The notes under the pieces are model-generated. The model was not told the DNA's origin, did no database searches, and saw only the letters and a list, made by a program, of their open reading frames with translations. A stretch of DNA of 57,370 nucleotides from Candidatus Moraniibacteriota bacterium. GTDB taxonomy: Bacteria; Patescibacteriota; Minisyncoccia; Moranbacterales; GCA-2747515. The stretch is taken from positions 1 to 57,370 of the forward strand of contig JAGLWU010000027.1 of assembly GCA_023133275.1 (NCBI GenBank), written 5' to 3'. Shown piece by piece: positions 46,897-55,226 of this stretch. Numbering within the stretch: position 1 is the stretch's first letter; each line of letters begins with the position of its first letter. The position numbers and the translations under genes are program-made.

Positions 46897-46928
46897 AAAC
46901 CTTTGCTTTTGTGGAGGTTTTTTTTATT
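46897..46928 (+). terminator. Putative terminator
   Basis: AAACCT…AGGTTT stem followed by TTTTTTT. Confidence 0.45.
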
Positions 46929-47046
46929 GCTTTTAAATTATTTTAAGATTCATTTTTTGTAGATTTTTTTATATTTCTTGCATGTTGTAGTGCAAGGTCT
47001 TTACATTGAAAAATAAAATAATTTTTTTAGGAGGATAAGATTGGGA

Positions 47047-47284
47047 GTTTTATATTTTTCTTTGGGGGATTCTTCGCTACATAAATTTTTTTACAAAAAA
47101 TTTATTACGTTCAGAATGACAGATAAACTTTTGTAGTGAACGGTTTCAAACCGTTCACTACTGAAATTACCACGTTATCTTTGGGTTGAAAATTTTCAAC
47201 CCCTACATTGCAATAACAGTAATTTTTTAGAATTTCAACAAGGGGTCATGACTCCTTGTTCAGAAAAGCCCGTGCGGCGAGCAC
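47047..47284 (+). repeat. Composite intergenic repeat element, copy L3 (most elaborate: core, three perfect palindromes, terminal motif)
   Basis: Core 47065-47121 with hairpin ATAAATTTTTTTACAAAAAATTTAT. Palindromes TAGTGAACGGTTTCAAACCGTTCACTA (47134-47160), GGGTTGAAAATTTTCAACCC (47183-47202) and AACAAGGGGTCATGACTCCTTGTT (47237-47260). Motif at 47261-47284. Confidence 0.8.
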
Positions 47285-47378
47285 AATTATTTTTTTGATA
47301 CTTTTTAATATCTTTGAGAAATGATATAGTGGATGTAGTGAACTTAAAATGTGTTTTTTTAAATTTTAAAATAAAATT

Positions 47379-48116
47379 ATGATAAATCTTGAAAATAAAA
47401 AAGTAATTATTACGGGGGCAGCTGCGGGGATTGGTCGGGCTACGGCGGTGAAATGTGTTGAACATGGGGCGGATGTTTTGGTGATTGATATTAATGAGAA
47501 TGGTTTAGTTAAATTGCAAAAAGAACTTGGCGAAGATAAAGTTAAGATTTTTAATTTTGATATTTCTGATTTGGGTAAAATTAAGGATTTTTTTGTGCAA
47601 CTTAGAAAGGATGATATTAAAATTGATTGTTTGGTGAATAATGCGGGCATTTATTTGGGTAAATCTGTTTTGGATTATTCTGATGAGGATATTGCGAAAG
47701 TTATGGCGATAAATTTGATAGCACCAATTTATTTTTCTAAGGAATTTGCTCGGGATAAAATGAATGGTAAAAAGCAGGGCGTAATTGTAAATATTGCTTC
47801 TGTTTCGGGTGAAGCAGGAACTTCGGAGTCAGTTTATGGTGCAACTAAAGGTGGTCTCCTTGGTTTGACAAAAAGTAATGCGATTGATTTTTCTCCGTAT
47901 GTTCGGGTGAATGCGGTGGCTCCAAGTGTTACTAAAACTGCTTTGGTGAAAAATATTCCAGAAGAGCGGTTGAAAATGCACGAAAAACATAATTTGATTA
48001 AGGAATGGATTGAGCCTGAGGATATTGGGAATGCGGTTTTGTTTTTGTTGTCGGATGTTTCGGGGCATTGTACGGGGATGACTTTGGATGTTAATAATGG
48101 GCGTTATTTGAGGTAG
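47379..48116 (+). CDS. Short-chain dehydrogenase/reductase (FabG-like)
   Basis: TGAAAGIGRATA Rossmann motif, NNAG, and the S…YGATKGG catalytic Ser/Tyr/Lys. Confidence 0.8.
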   Translation: MINLENKKVIITGAAAGIGRATAVKCVEHGADVLVIDINENGLVKLQKELGEDKVKIFNFDISDLGKIKDFFVQLRKDDIKIDCLVNNAGIYLGKSVLDYSDEDIAKVMAINLIAPIYFSKEFARDKMNGKKQGVIVNIASVSGEAGTSESVYGATKGGLLGLTKSNAIDFSPYVRVNAVAPSVTKTALVKNIPEERLKMHEKHNLIKEWIEPEDIGNAVLFLLSDVSGHCTGMTLDVNNGRYLR

Positions 48117-48179
48117 ACTTTTGTTTTTGAGTATGTTATTGTTACGTGAAGTTAAATTTAATTTTTTATTTGAAAATAT

Positions 48180-49256
48180 ATGGAAGAACAGAAAAATGCT
48201 AATAATAAAAAGAAAATTTTTATTATTGGAGGGGTAATTTTGGTAGTAATTATTCTAGTGGGTGTTTTTATTTTGACTAAAAATATTAAAGAGGAAAAGG
48301 CTGAAGAACTACAAAGACAGGAAGAAACTAGAAAAGAAAAAACTGAAGAAAAAAAATTGAAAGAAGATGTTGAAGAAGAGAAAATTAAAGAAATAAAATT
48401 TCCTTTGGGGCAAAATAGATATTTGGAAATAGACGTGCCAGAAGGAATAAGCGTTGAACAATTTAAAGACACTTTTGTTTTTAAAAAGGATGATGTTATT
48501 TTTTATTTTTCTTTTGTCGTATTGAAGAAAGATGCAAAAAAGGATATTAAGACTAATTTTAATGAATTTTTTGAAGAAGAAATGAAAAATAATGCTTTGG
48601 AGGATAAGTTAACGATTAAAGAACTTGAGGGTGATATCTTTGATGGGTATTATTTTATGCCTGTTACTGACACAAAATCAAAAAATAAAGGTGGTGATTA
48701 TAAATATCTTGCTCAAGCAGAAAGTTTCGTTGAAGATAGAATTTTAATTTCAAGTTATTTTGATAGAAAAAATAGTGAAGAAAATTTAGATCAATGGTTG
48801 GAGATTCTTAAAAATATAAAAATTAAACAAAATGAAAATATCAATTATTTAGAAAGTGAGGATAAAAAAGTTAGAATAAATATTAAGTCGGATACTTTTA
48901 AGTCAGACTTTAAAGATGGATATTTAACTGGAGAGGATGGAGAAATGAAAATTACTTTGATTATAAATGATAAAGCTAAAACAAAAAAAGAATGTTACAG
49001 TATATTTAATAAAAATATAGACTCTTTTTCTTTAAATATAGACATTAGTGATAGAAAAGATTATGAAAAAGATAATTTTTTAATTTCAGAATATTTAGTT
49101 AAAAATATAGGAAAAGAAAAAAATACTCAAAAAAGCATTTGGAAAATAAAATTTATTAAAAATAATTGTATAAGTATAAATATTAATTCATTTGCAGAGA
49201 AAGATCAAAAACTATTTGATGATTATTTAGAAAAAATAGAAATAGTTGAAAATTAA
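48180..49256 (+). CDS. Hypothetical membrane-anchored protein (K/E-rich)
   Basis: N-terminal TM IFIIGGVILVVIILVGVFIL, then a charged coiled-coil-like segment. No recognisable domain. Confidence 0.5.
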   Translation: MEEQKNANNKKKIFIIGGVILVVIILVGVFILTKNIKEEKAEELQRQEETRKEKTEEKKLKEDVEEEKIKEIKFPLGQNRYLEIDVPEGISVEQFKDTFVFKKDDVIFYFSFVVLKKDAKKDIKTNFNEFFEEEMKNNALEDKLTIKELEGDIFDGYYFMPVTDTKSKNKGGDYKYLAQAESFVEDRILISSYFDRKNSEENLDQWLEILKNIKIKQNENINYLESEDKKVRINIKSDTFKSDFKDGYLTGEDGEMKITLIINDKAKTKKECYSIFNKNIDSFSLNIDISDRKDYEKDNFLISEYLVKNIGKEKNTQKSIWKIKFIKNNCISININSFAEKDQKLFDDYLEKIEIVEN

Positions 49257-49285
49257 TTTTTAGTTTTTTCATCTTTTAAATTTTA

Positions 49286-49318
49286 GGCAAGGAAATAAAA
49301 ATCCTTGTCTATTTTTTA
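49286..49318 (+). terminator. Rho-independent terminator
   Basis: CAAGGA-AATAAAAA-TCCTTG followed by TCTATTTTTT. Confidence 0.5.
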
Positions 49319-49399
49319 TTAAATCTCGTGTTGCCTTTACAAAAAAACATGCGTATAATAAAAAGAGAATTAAAAACAATACAATAAAACATCACAATT

Positions 49400-50554
49400 A
49401 TGAAAATCGGAATAAATGCAAGTTTTTTACGCAAGCCAGCCACGGGAATCGGACAAGTAACCACACATTTCCTAAACGAATTAATCAAACAAATAAGAGA
49501 AAACAAAAAACACAAAAACCATAAATTCGTACTTTATTTAGAGGAAGATATAGAATTAGATTTACCAAAAAACTTTCAAAAAAAAGTATTTCTACCAGCG
49601 TACAAGCGAGACGATTTATTTCGAAAAATCTGGTGGGAAAAATTTAGCTTACCTTGTCAGGCACATAAGGATGGATGCGATATTCTGTTCAGTCTCTATC
49701 AATCTGCGACAGTCATAAAATATGTTTGCATGAAACACATTGTTTTAGTTCACGATATCATTCCAAAAATATTTCCAGAATACCTAAATAATTTTCGCAA
49801 AAAAATTTACCAATCGCAAATTGAAAAAGGTATTTACGGGGCACATGTAATTTTAACTGTTTCGAAATATACAAAAAAAGATTTGATTGAAAAAATGAAT
49901 GTTAATCCAGCAAAAATTATTACAAATTATATTTCTGTAGATCCTTTATATTCAAAAGAAATTGTTCAAAGTGAATCGGAGCGAGTGATGAAAAAGTATA
50001 ATTTAAAATCAGATTATATTTATTCTGGCGGAGGTTTGGAAGTTAGAAAAAATACAGATGGAACTTTGCGAGCTTATAAAAAATTAGTTGATCGTAATTC
50101 CAATGTTCCGACTTTAGTTATTTCAGGAAAATTAATGCCACAACTTGTACCGTTAGTTATTGACGTTGAAAAAATTGTGAAAGAATTGGAATTGGAAGAT
50201 AAAGTTAAAATTATTGGTTATATAGAGCAGAGAGATTTGCCTGCACTTTATAAAAATGCCTTGATGTTTGTTTATCCGTCGCATTATGAAGGTTTTGGAA
50301 TGCCTGTGCTTGAAGCGATGCAAATTGGAGCTCCAACTATAACAGCAGATAATTCTAGTTTGCCAGAAGTTGGGGGCGAGGCAGTTTTATATTCTGATGA
50401 TGAATCTGATGAAGATTTGGTGAGTAAAATGGAAGAATTATTAGAAAATGAAGAATTACGAAATGATTTGGTTATTAAGGCTAAGAAAAAATCTGAGGAA
50501 TTTTCTTGGGAAAAGTTTGTTGATGGGTTTTTTGAGATTGTGGATAAAAATTAG
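49400..50554 (+). CDS. Family 4 glycosyltransferase (GT-B, GT4)
   Basis: C-terminal EX7E motif SHYEGFGMPVLEAMQIGAPTITADNSSLPEVGGEA. Confidence 0.8.
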   Translation: MKIGINASFLRKPATGIGQVTTHFLNELIKQIRENKKHKNHKFVLYLEEDIELDLPKNFQKKVFLPAYKRDDLFRKIWWEKFSLPCQAHKDGCDILFSLYQSATVIKYVCMKHIVLVHDIIPKIFPEYLNNFRKKIYQSQIEKGIYGAHVILTVSKYTKKDLIEKMNVNPAKIITNYISVDPLYSKEIVQSESERVMKKYNLKSDYIYSGGGLEVRKNTDGTLRAYKKLVDRNSNVPTLVISGKLMPQLVPLVIDVEKIVKELELEDKVKIIGYIEQRDLPALYKNALMFVYPSHYEGFGMPVLEAMQIGAPTITADNSSLPEVGGEAVLYSDDESDEDLVSKMEELLENEELRNDLVIKAKKKSEEFSWEKFVDGFFEIVDKN

Positions 50555-50643
50555 TTATTAAATTTTAATTATTAGAAATAAAAAAAGGACTTTCCGAAGA
50601 AAATTCTGTAAAAGTGTCAGATTCAGTTGAATCTGTTTAAGGT

Positions 50644-50808
50644 TTAAGTAAGAAATGTAATTAATAAAAAAATAATAATTGCGACAAGTGATGATGTTTT
50701 TTTATGCCCCCATAAAAGAACAAGTATTAAGAACAGATTTTCTTTAAAGAGAATGAAAAGAAAAAATAATAGAATAAACACAATTAATATCGTAGTTTTT
50801 TTAATCAT
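50644..50808 (-). CDS. Unannotated small hydrophobic protein (54 aa)
   Basis: Minus-strand ATG with a GAGGTG RBS 6 nt upstream. Sequence MIKKTTILIVFILLFFLFILFKENLFLILVLLWGHKKTSSLVAIIIFLLITFLT, two predicted TM helices. Not in the ORF track (under 60 aa). Confidence 0.3.
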   Translation of the reverse strand: MIKKTTILIVFILLFFLFILFKENLFLILVLLWGHKKTSSLVAIIIFLLITFLT

Positions 50809-50890
50809 CAGTACACCTCACTTTATTTTTGTTGAAGAGTTTTATGTTTAAAAAAAAGTACTATGTGTAATTTATCAAATTATTATAAAT

Positions 50891-52540
50891 ATGTTAAAGT
50901 TAACTAAAAATAAAATATTAATTATATCAAACGTTGTAATTATTTTAACTTTAATTATTTTTTCAAATTTAGGATTTTTACCTTTGGAAAATTTTTTAAT
51001 TTTTGGATTTTTTTCAGTTGCAATTTTTATTTTTGCTTGGTGGCGATTGCGTTTATTTTTTTTGTTTTTTGTTGGAATTATTATTTTAGAAAATATTAAT
51101 CTCGTCCCAGCAGAATTGGGTGTAAATATTCGACCGTATCAACTTTTAGGTGGGATTATATTTTTGGTTTTTCTAGTAAAATTAGTTTTAAATAAATTAA
51201 ATTTCAAATTACCAAAATTTTGTTGGAAAGACGGTTTAATTTTAACTTTTATTCTTGCGGGCTTTTTAAGTACAATTTTTTCTGAAAATCAAATTGTGTC
51301 CTTGAAACAGTCTATAATTATTACATCTTTTGGATTATTATATTTTTTATTCAAAGTTTTTATACAAAATTTTCAAGATTTAAAAAAAGTTATTCCATTT
51401 TTTTTAAGCTCCTCGTTTGTTGTAGTGATTTACGGAATTTGGCAGAATTGGCAATTTATGCGAGGCAGTTCTCATTTTGAAATAATGGCAGGACGTCCAA
51501 ATACAACTTTTTCTGAACCAGATTGGTTGGGTATGTTTTTAGTTTTTCTGGTAGCTAGTTTATACATTTTAATTTTTAAAAAATATTATTCAATAAAAAA
51601 TATTTTCAAAAAAGGAGATTGTTTATTTTGGTTTTACTATTCTTTTTTAGTTTTGACCTTCATATTATTAATTTTGACAGTAGCTCGAAGCGCTTGGTTA
51701 GGTGTAGGAATGGTTACGATAATTTATTTATTTTTAATTTTACTTGAAAGTTTAAGTGTTTGGTTAGAATTAAAAAAAGGTTTTCGTTTTCGTATTCGCA
51801 AAAATAATTTTTTTAAAAAGATATTTAAAAATTTAAATTGGAAAAGTTTTTTTTCACAGAGTTTCATAATTTTTTCAACAGGAATTATTTCAATTAGTTT
51901 AGTTTTTTTTCTAAATTTAACTAACTTTGAATTGGGAAATAGGATTCAAAGTACGGGAAGTGGAAAACAGGAAATTACGATTTCTTGTGTTTTAATGTTT
52001 GACATGGAACAAAATAATTTTTTAAACTCTTCAATAAGAGAAATTGAAAATATCAGCGAACTAAAAAAATATAATTGTCGACATATTAATTTGGAGGAAA
52101 TTGAAAGTGAAGAATTAAAAGGAAATTTGGTAACTAAAATTTATCGGAGTGATCCAAATGTAAATGTTCGGGCGGAAGTTTATCGAAAATCTTGGCGAGA
52201 AATTAAGGGAAATTGGATTTTGGGAATTGGTTGGGGAAATATTGGGAGTGTTTTGGGAATGGATGATAGTGATACGGTTTTGAATTCGAGTAATATTTTT
52301 CTGGAAGTTTGGTTGGGAGCTGGGATTTTGGGAATTATTTCTTTTATGATTTTAATTTTTAGTATTTTTTGGCAAGGCATTATTAATTTTATTAGCAAAG
52401 AGGATATTGAAAAAAAATTGTTTGGGATGTTTTTGATTTTGGGAGTGGTGGCGATTTTGATTCCGAATTTGTTTAATGCGGGGATTATGCTAGGATTTTT
52501 ATGGTTGTTTTTTGGAGTAAGTGAAATGGATGATTTTTAG
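50891..52540 (+). CDS. O-antigen ligase/polymerase-like (Wzy_C-type) polytopic membrane protein
   Basis: At least 10 TM helices. A periplasmic loop with TVARSAWLGV resembles the O-antigen ligase domain. Adjacent to the GT4 gene. Confidence 0.45.
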   Translation: MLKLTKNKILIISNVVIILTLIIFSNLGFLPLENFLIFGFFSVAIFIFAWWRLRLFFLFFVGIIILENINLVPAELGVNIRPYQLLGGIIFLVFLVKLVLNKLNFKLPKFCWKDGLILTFILAGFLSTIFSENQIVSLKQSIIITSFGLLYFLFKVFIQNFQDLKKVIPFFLSSSFVVVIYGIWQNWQFMRGSSHFEIMAGRPNTTFSEPDWLGMFLVFLVASLYILIFKKYYSIKNIFKKGDCLFWFYYSFLVLTFILLILTVARSAWLGVGMVTIIYLFLILLESLSVWLELKKGFRFRIRKNNFFKKIFKNLNWKSFFSQSFIIFSTGIISISLVFFLNLTNFELGNRIQSTGSGKQEITISCVLMFDMEQNNFLNSSIREIENISELKKYNCRHINLEEIESEELKGNLVTKIYRSDPNVNVRAEVYRKSWREIKGNWILGIGWGNIGSVLGMDDSDTVLNSSNIFLEVWLGAGILGIISFMILIFSIFWQGIINFISKEDIEKKLFGMFLILGVVAILIPNLFNAGIMLGFLWLFFGVSEMDDF

Positions 52541-52560
52541 TGAAAATTAAAAAATTATGT

Positions 52561-52589
52561 TTGACTTCTTCTTCTTCTTCTGATACGAT
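52561..52589 (+). promoter_or_regulatory. Putative promoter whose 17-nt spacer is a (TTC)5 trinucleotide repeat
   Basis: TTGACT (52561-52566), spacer TCTTCTTCTTCTTCTGA, TACGAT (52584-52589). About 70 nt upstream of the 52659 gene. Confidence 0.35.
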
Positions 52590-52658
52590 GAAAAGTTAAC
52601 GAAATTATTCGTTCGACATGTTTTTTTATCTACAATTATATATCAGGAGATAATTCTA

Positions 52659-53078
52659 ATGGAAGCTACTCAATTTGTTGTTTCTAGTACCTTTAAAAGA
52701 GGTGGTTTCTTAGGTTTTTTTTGCGACGTTTATTATTGCGAAGCTCGGATAATAAAAAGCGAGCCTATTTATAAAAAATTTTTTGGAGAAAAAGTAGGAG
52801 GTGGTGCTGTACAAAGAAAAGTAAATTTAGAGATAATAAGTGTCATTTGGAGTGCTTCGCGTCAGAACTCTCAGGAACTCAGTTTTTATGTTCCTGTTGA
52901 AGATTGTAATGCTGAAAGAATGTTTGAATCTGTCCAATTAGTGATTGAGCAGTTAAATCAAAAAAAAGAAAATTTACTTAGATCAATGCCTGATGCAAAT
53001 TGTAATGATCTAAGTAATTTAATTATATTTCTTTCTGGAATTAAATTACAAGATATTTTTGTAACACCAGTTACTTAG
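52659..53078 (+). CDS. Hypothetical protein (139 aa)
   Basis: AGGAGA RBS 7 nt upstream. No recognisable motif. Confidence 0.45.
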   Translation: MEATQFVVSSTFKRGGFLGFFCDVYYCEARIIKSEPIYKKFFGEKVGGGAVQRKVNLEIISVIWSASRQNSQELSFYVPVEDCNAERMFESVQLVIEQLNQKKENLLRSMPDANCNDLSNLIIFLSGIKLQDIFVTPVT

Positions 53079-53089
53079 AGGAAATAAAT

Positions 53090-53140
53090 AAAGGTCGTTT
53101 CGCAATCTGTACGCGGGATGACCTTTTGAACTTTTTTATT
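53090..53140 (+). terminator. Putative terminator
   Basis: AAAGGTC…GACCTTT 7-bp stem with a 23-nt loop, followed by TGAACTTTTTT. Confidence 0.4.
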
Positions 53141-53195
53141 TTCTAAGTTTTTAAAAGTGCTATAATAAAATTAGTCTTTATTAAAAAAAACAACT

Positions 53196-54320
53196 ATGAA
53201 CAAGAAATATCTATTTATCATTTTTGGAATAATTACAATCTTTTCATTAAGTGGTTTTTTCGTGTATTCATTTGTTAATGAAAAAAATACAGAAGAACTT
53301 ATTACGTTTGATGAAACAAAAATAGAAGACGAAAATAAATTAACACAAAATGATTTACAAAATTACAACGAAAATATTATTACATCAGCAAATCAAAAAA
53401 ATATTCAAACTGAAATTTCTAATAATTCCGAAGATGAAAATTCTTTACCAATTCTTGACAGCAATAAAAAAACTGAAGAGTTAAAAGACAAAGAATTAAA
53501 TTTAGTGAAAAAAGTCGAAGAAATAAAAACTTACAAATCTTTTAATTTTGTTGTAATAGCCGATTCAGAAAGTTACAAAGCAGCTAGCGGTCATGAAGAA
53601 AAATTTGAAAGTATGTTAGCAAAAACAGTTTCGTACAAACCAGACTTTGTGATTTTTTCGGGTGATTTAATTACGCAGGGCAGTCCAGACAGAACTAAGG
53701 TTGCAAATTTGAAAAAACTAATTAGAAAATATTATAGTAAATTTTACATTACATTTGGCAAGCATGATATTGAATGTGGGGTTCAGTGTGTAGATATTTG
53801 GGAAGATGTATTTTTTAATAAAAAACATGTGGCGGGTGAAAAACGTAAACTTTATTATTCCTTTGATTATGAAAATACGCATTTTGTTTTGTTGTCATCA
53901 GATTATCCCATTAAGCATTCTGTGGATGATGTTCAATTGAAATGGCTAAATGATGATCTTAAAAAAAATGACAAATCGAATATAATCGTTGTGGTACATG
54001 TTCCATCAGTTACTTTTTTCAAAGAGTCAGCGAAGGAGTGTCATGATATGTCTTGCAACGAGACGCAAAGAGTTAAATTGATTAATTTTCTTAAAAAGCA
54101 TAAAGTCGATTTAGTAATTTCTGGGCATGAACACGTTTTTGATCATAAGATTGTTGATGGGATTGATTTTGTGATTGCGGGTGGTGTGGGAAAAAGTAAA
54201 CGGTATAAAGATTCAATGTGGAAGGATAGTTTTTTGCAGATTACTGTTTCTGGAAATAGAATTATTTTGAAGTCTTTTGGAATTGAAGGAGAATTGATTC
54301 GGGAGATAAAGATTAAGTAG
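53196..54320 (+). CDS. Membrane-anchored calcineurin-like metallophosphoesterase
   Basis: N-terminal TM. Metallophosphatase motifs VVIADSE, SGDLITQG, GKHD, VVVHVP and SGHEHVFDH. Confidence 0.6.
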   Translation: MNKKYLFIIFGIITIFSLSGFFVYSFVNEKNTEELITFDETKIEDENKLTQNDLQNYNENIITSANQKNIQTEISNNSEDENSLPILDSNKKTEELKDKELNLVKKVEEIKTYKSFNFVVIADSESYKAASGHEEKFESMLAKTVSYKPDFVIFSGDLITQGSPDRTKVANLKKLIRKYYSKFYITFGKHDIECGVQCVDIWEDVFFNKKHVAGEKRKLYYSFDYENTHFVLLSSDYPIKHSVDDVQLKWLNDDLKKNDKSNIIVVVHVPSVTFFKESAKECHDMSCNETQRVKLINFLKKHKVDLVISGHEHVFDHKIVDGIDFVIAGGVGKSKRYKDSMWKDSFLQITVSGNRIILKSFGIEGELIREIKIK

Positions 54321-54329
54321 GAAATAATC

Positions 54330-54965
54330 ATGAATAAAAAAACTATAATTTTTGATTTTGATGGAACGATTGCGGATACTTTGGATGTTGTTGTGAATAT
54401 TTATAATAAACTTGCTCCTAAATATTTTTGTAAAACTTTAAAAAGAGAGGATGTGGAAATTTTGCGAAATAAAAAATCTCAAGAATTTATGAAAGATTAT
54501 GGAATTTCTAAATTTAAATTACCTTTTTTAGTTTTACATATTAGAAAATATTTGAATGGTGAAATGAAAAATGTTAAACCGATTGATGGAATAATTGAAA
54601 CGTTGAAAGAACTTAAAAATCTTGGTTATAATTTGGGAATCATGACGTCTAATTCAAAAAAGAATGTTGAGAATTTTTTAAAGATAAATAATTTAGATGA
54701 CATTTTTGATTTTGTCTATTCGAGCAAAAATCTTTTTGGAAAAGATAAAGTGATTAAAAAAATTATTAATAAATATTTTTTTGAAAAAGATTTAATTATT
54801 TATGTTGGTGATGAGGTGCGTGATGTTGAGATGTCAAAAAAATTGGGAATTTCTGTTTTAGCGGTTAGTTGGGGTTTTAATTCTAGGGAAATGCTTGAAA
54901 ATGCTGGAGCGGATGTGATTGTGGATAATTCGAGAGAATTGTTAGAGTGTTTGCAAAAATTTTAA
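54330..54965 (+). CDS. HAD-superfamily hydrolase (phosphoglycolate-phosphatase-like)
   Basis: Motif I IIFDFDGTIADT, motif II MTSN, and motif IV GDEVRD. Confidence 0.65.
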   Translation: MNKKTIIFDFDGTIADTLDVVVNIYNKLAPKYFCKTLKREDVEILRNKKSQEFMKDYGISKFKLPFLVLHIRKYLNGEMKNVKPIDGIIETLKELKNLGYNLGIMTSNSKKNVENFLKINNLDDIFDFVYSSKNLFGKDKVIKKIINKYFFEKDLIIYVGDEVRDVEMSKKLGISVLAVSWGFNSREMLENAGADVIVDNSRELLECLQKF

Positions 54966-55011
54966 TTTTTCTACAAAAAATGAAAGGATTTTTCAGGATA
55001 ATATGATTTGA

Positions 55012-55163
55012 TAGTTTTATGATTTTCTGTGGGGGATTCTTTACTTCATAAAATTTTTCTAACGAAAATTTTATTACGTTCAGAATGACAATAAACTGGG
55101 ATAACAAAAATTTTTTAAAATTTCAAAAAATGTTAAATGGTGAAAAGCCCGTGCGGCGAGTAC
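55012..55163 (+). repeat. Composite intergenic repeat element, copy L4
   Basis: Core 55032-55090 with hairpin ATAAAATTTT-TCTAACG-AAAATTTTAT. Ends GAAAAGCCCGTGCGGCGAGTAC (55142-55163). Confidence 0.75.
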
Positions 55164-55226
55164 TTTATTACTTTTTAAAACATTAGGCTCTTGTAAAACA
55201 CAAAATTTCAGGTATACTGAGTAAAT

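Noticed and set aside
52600-52640. Hairpin AACGAA-ATTA-TTCGTT followed by a T-run between the (TTC)5 promoter and the 52659 start codon, a possible attenuator
   Set aside because: The stem is only 6 bp, and the T-run is separated from it by 7 nt. It could equally be the terminator of the upstream gene, which would argue against the promoter call. Left unresolved.
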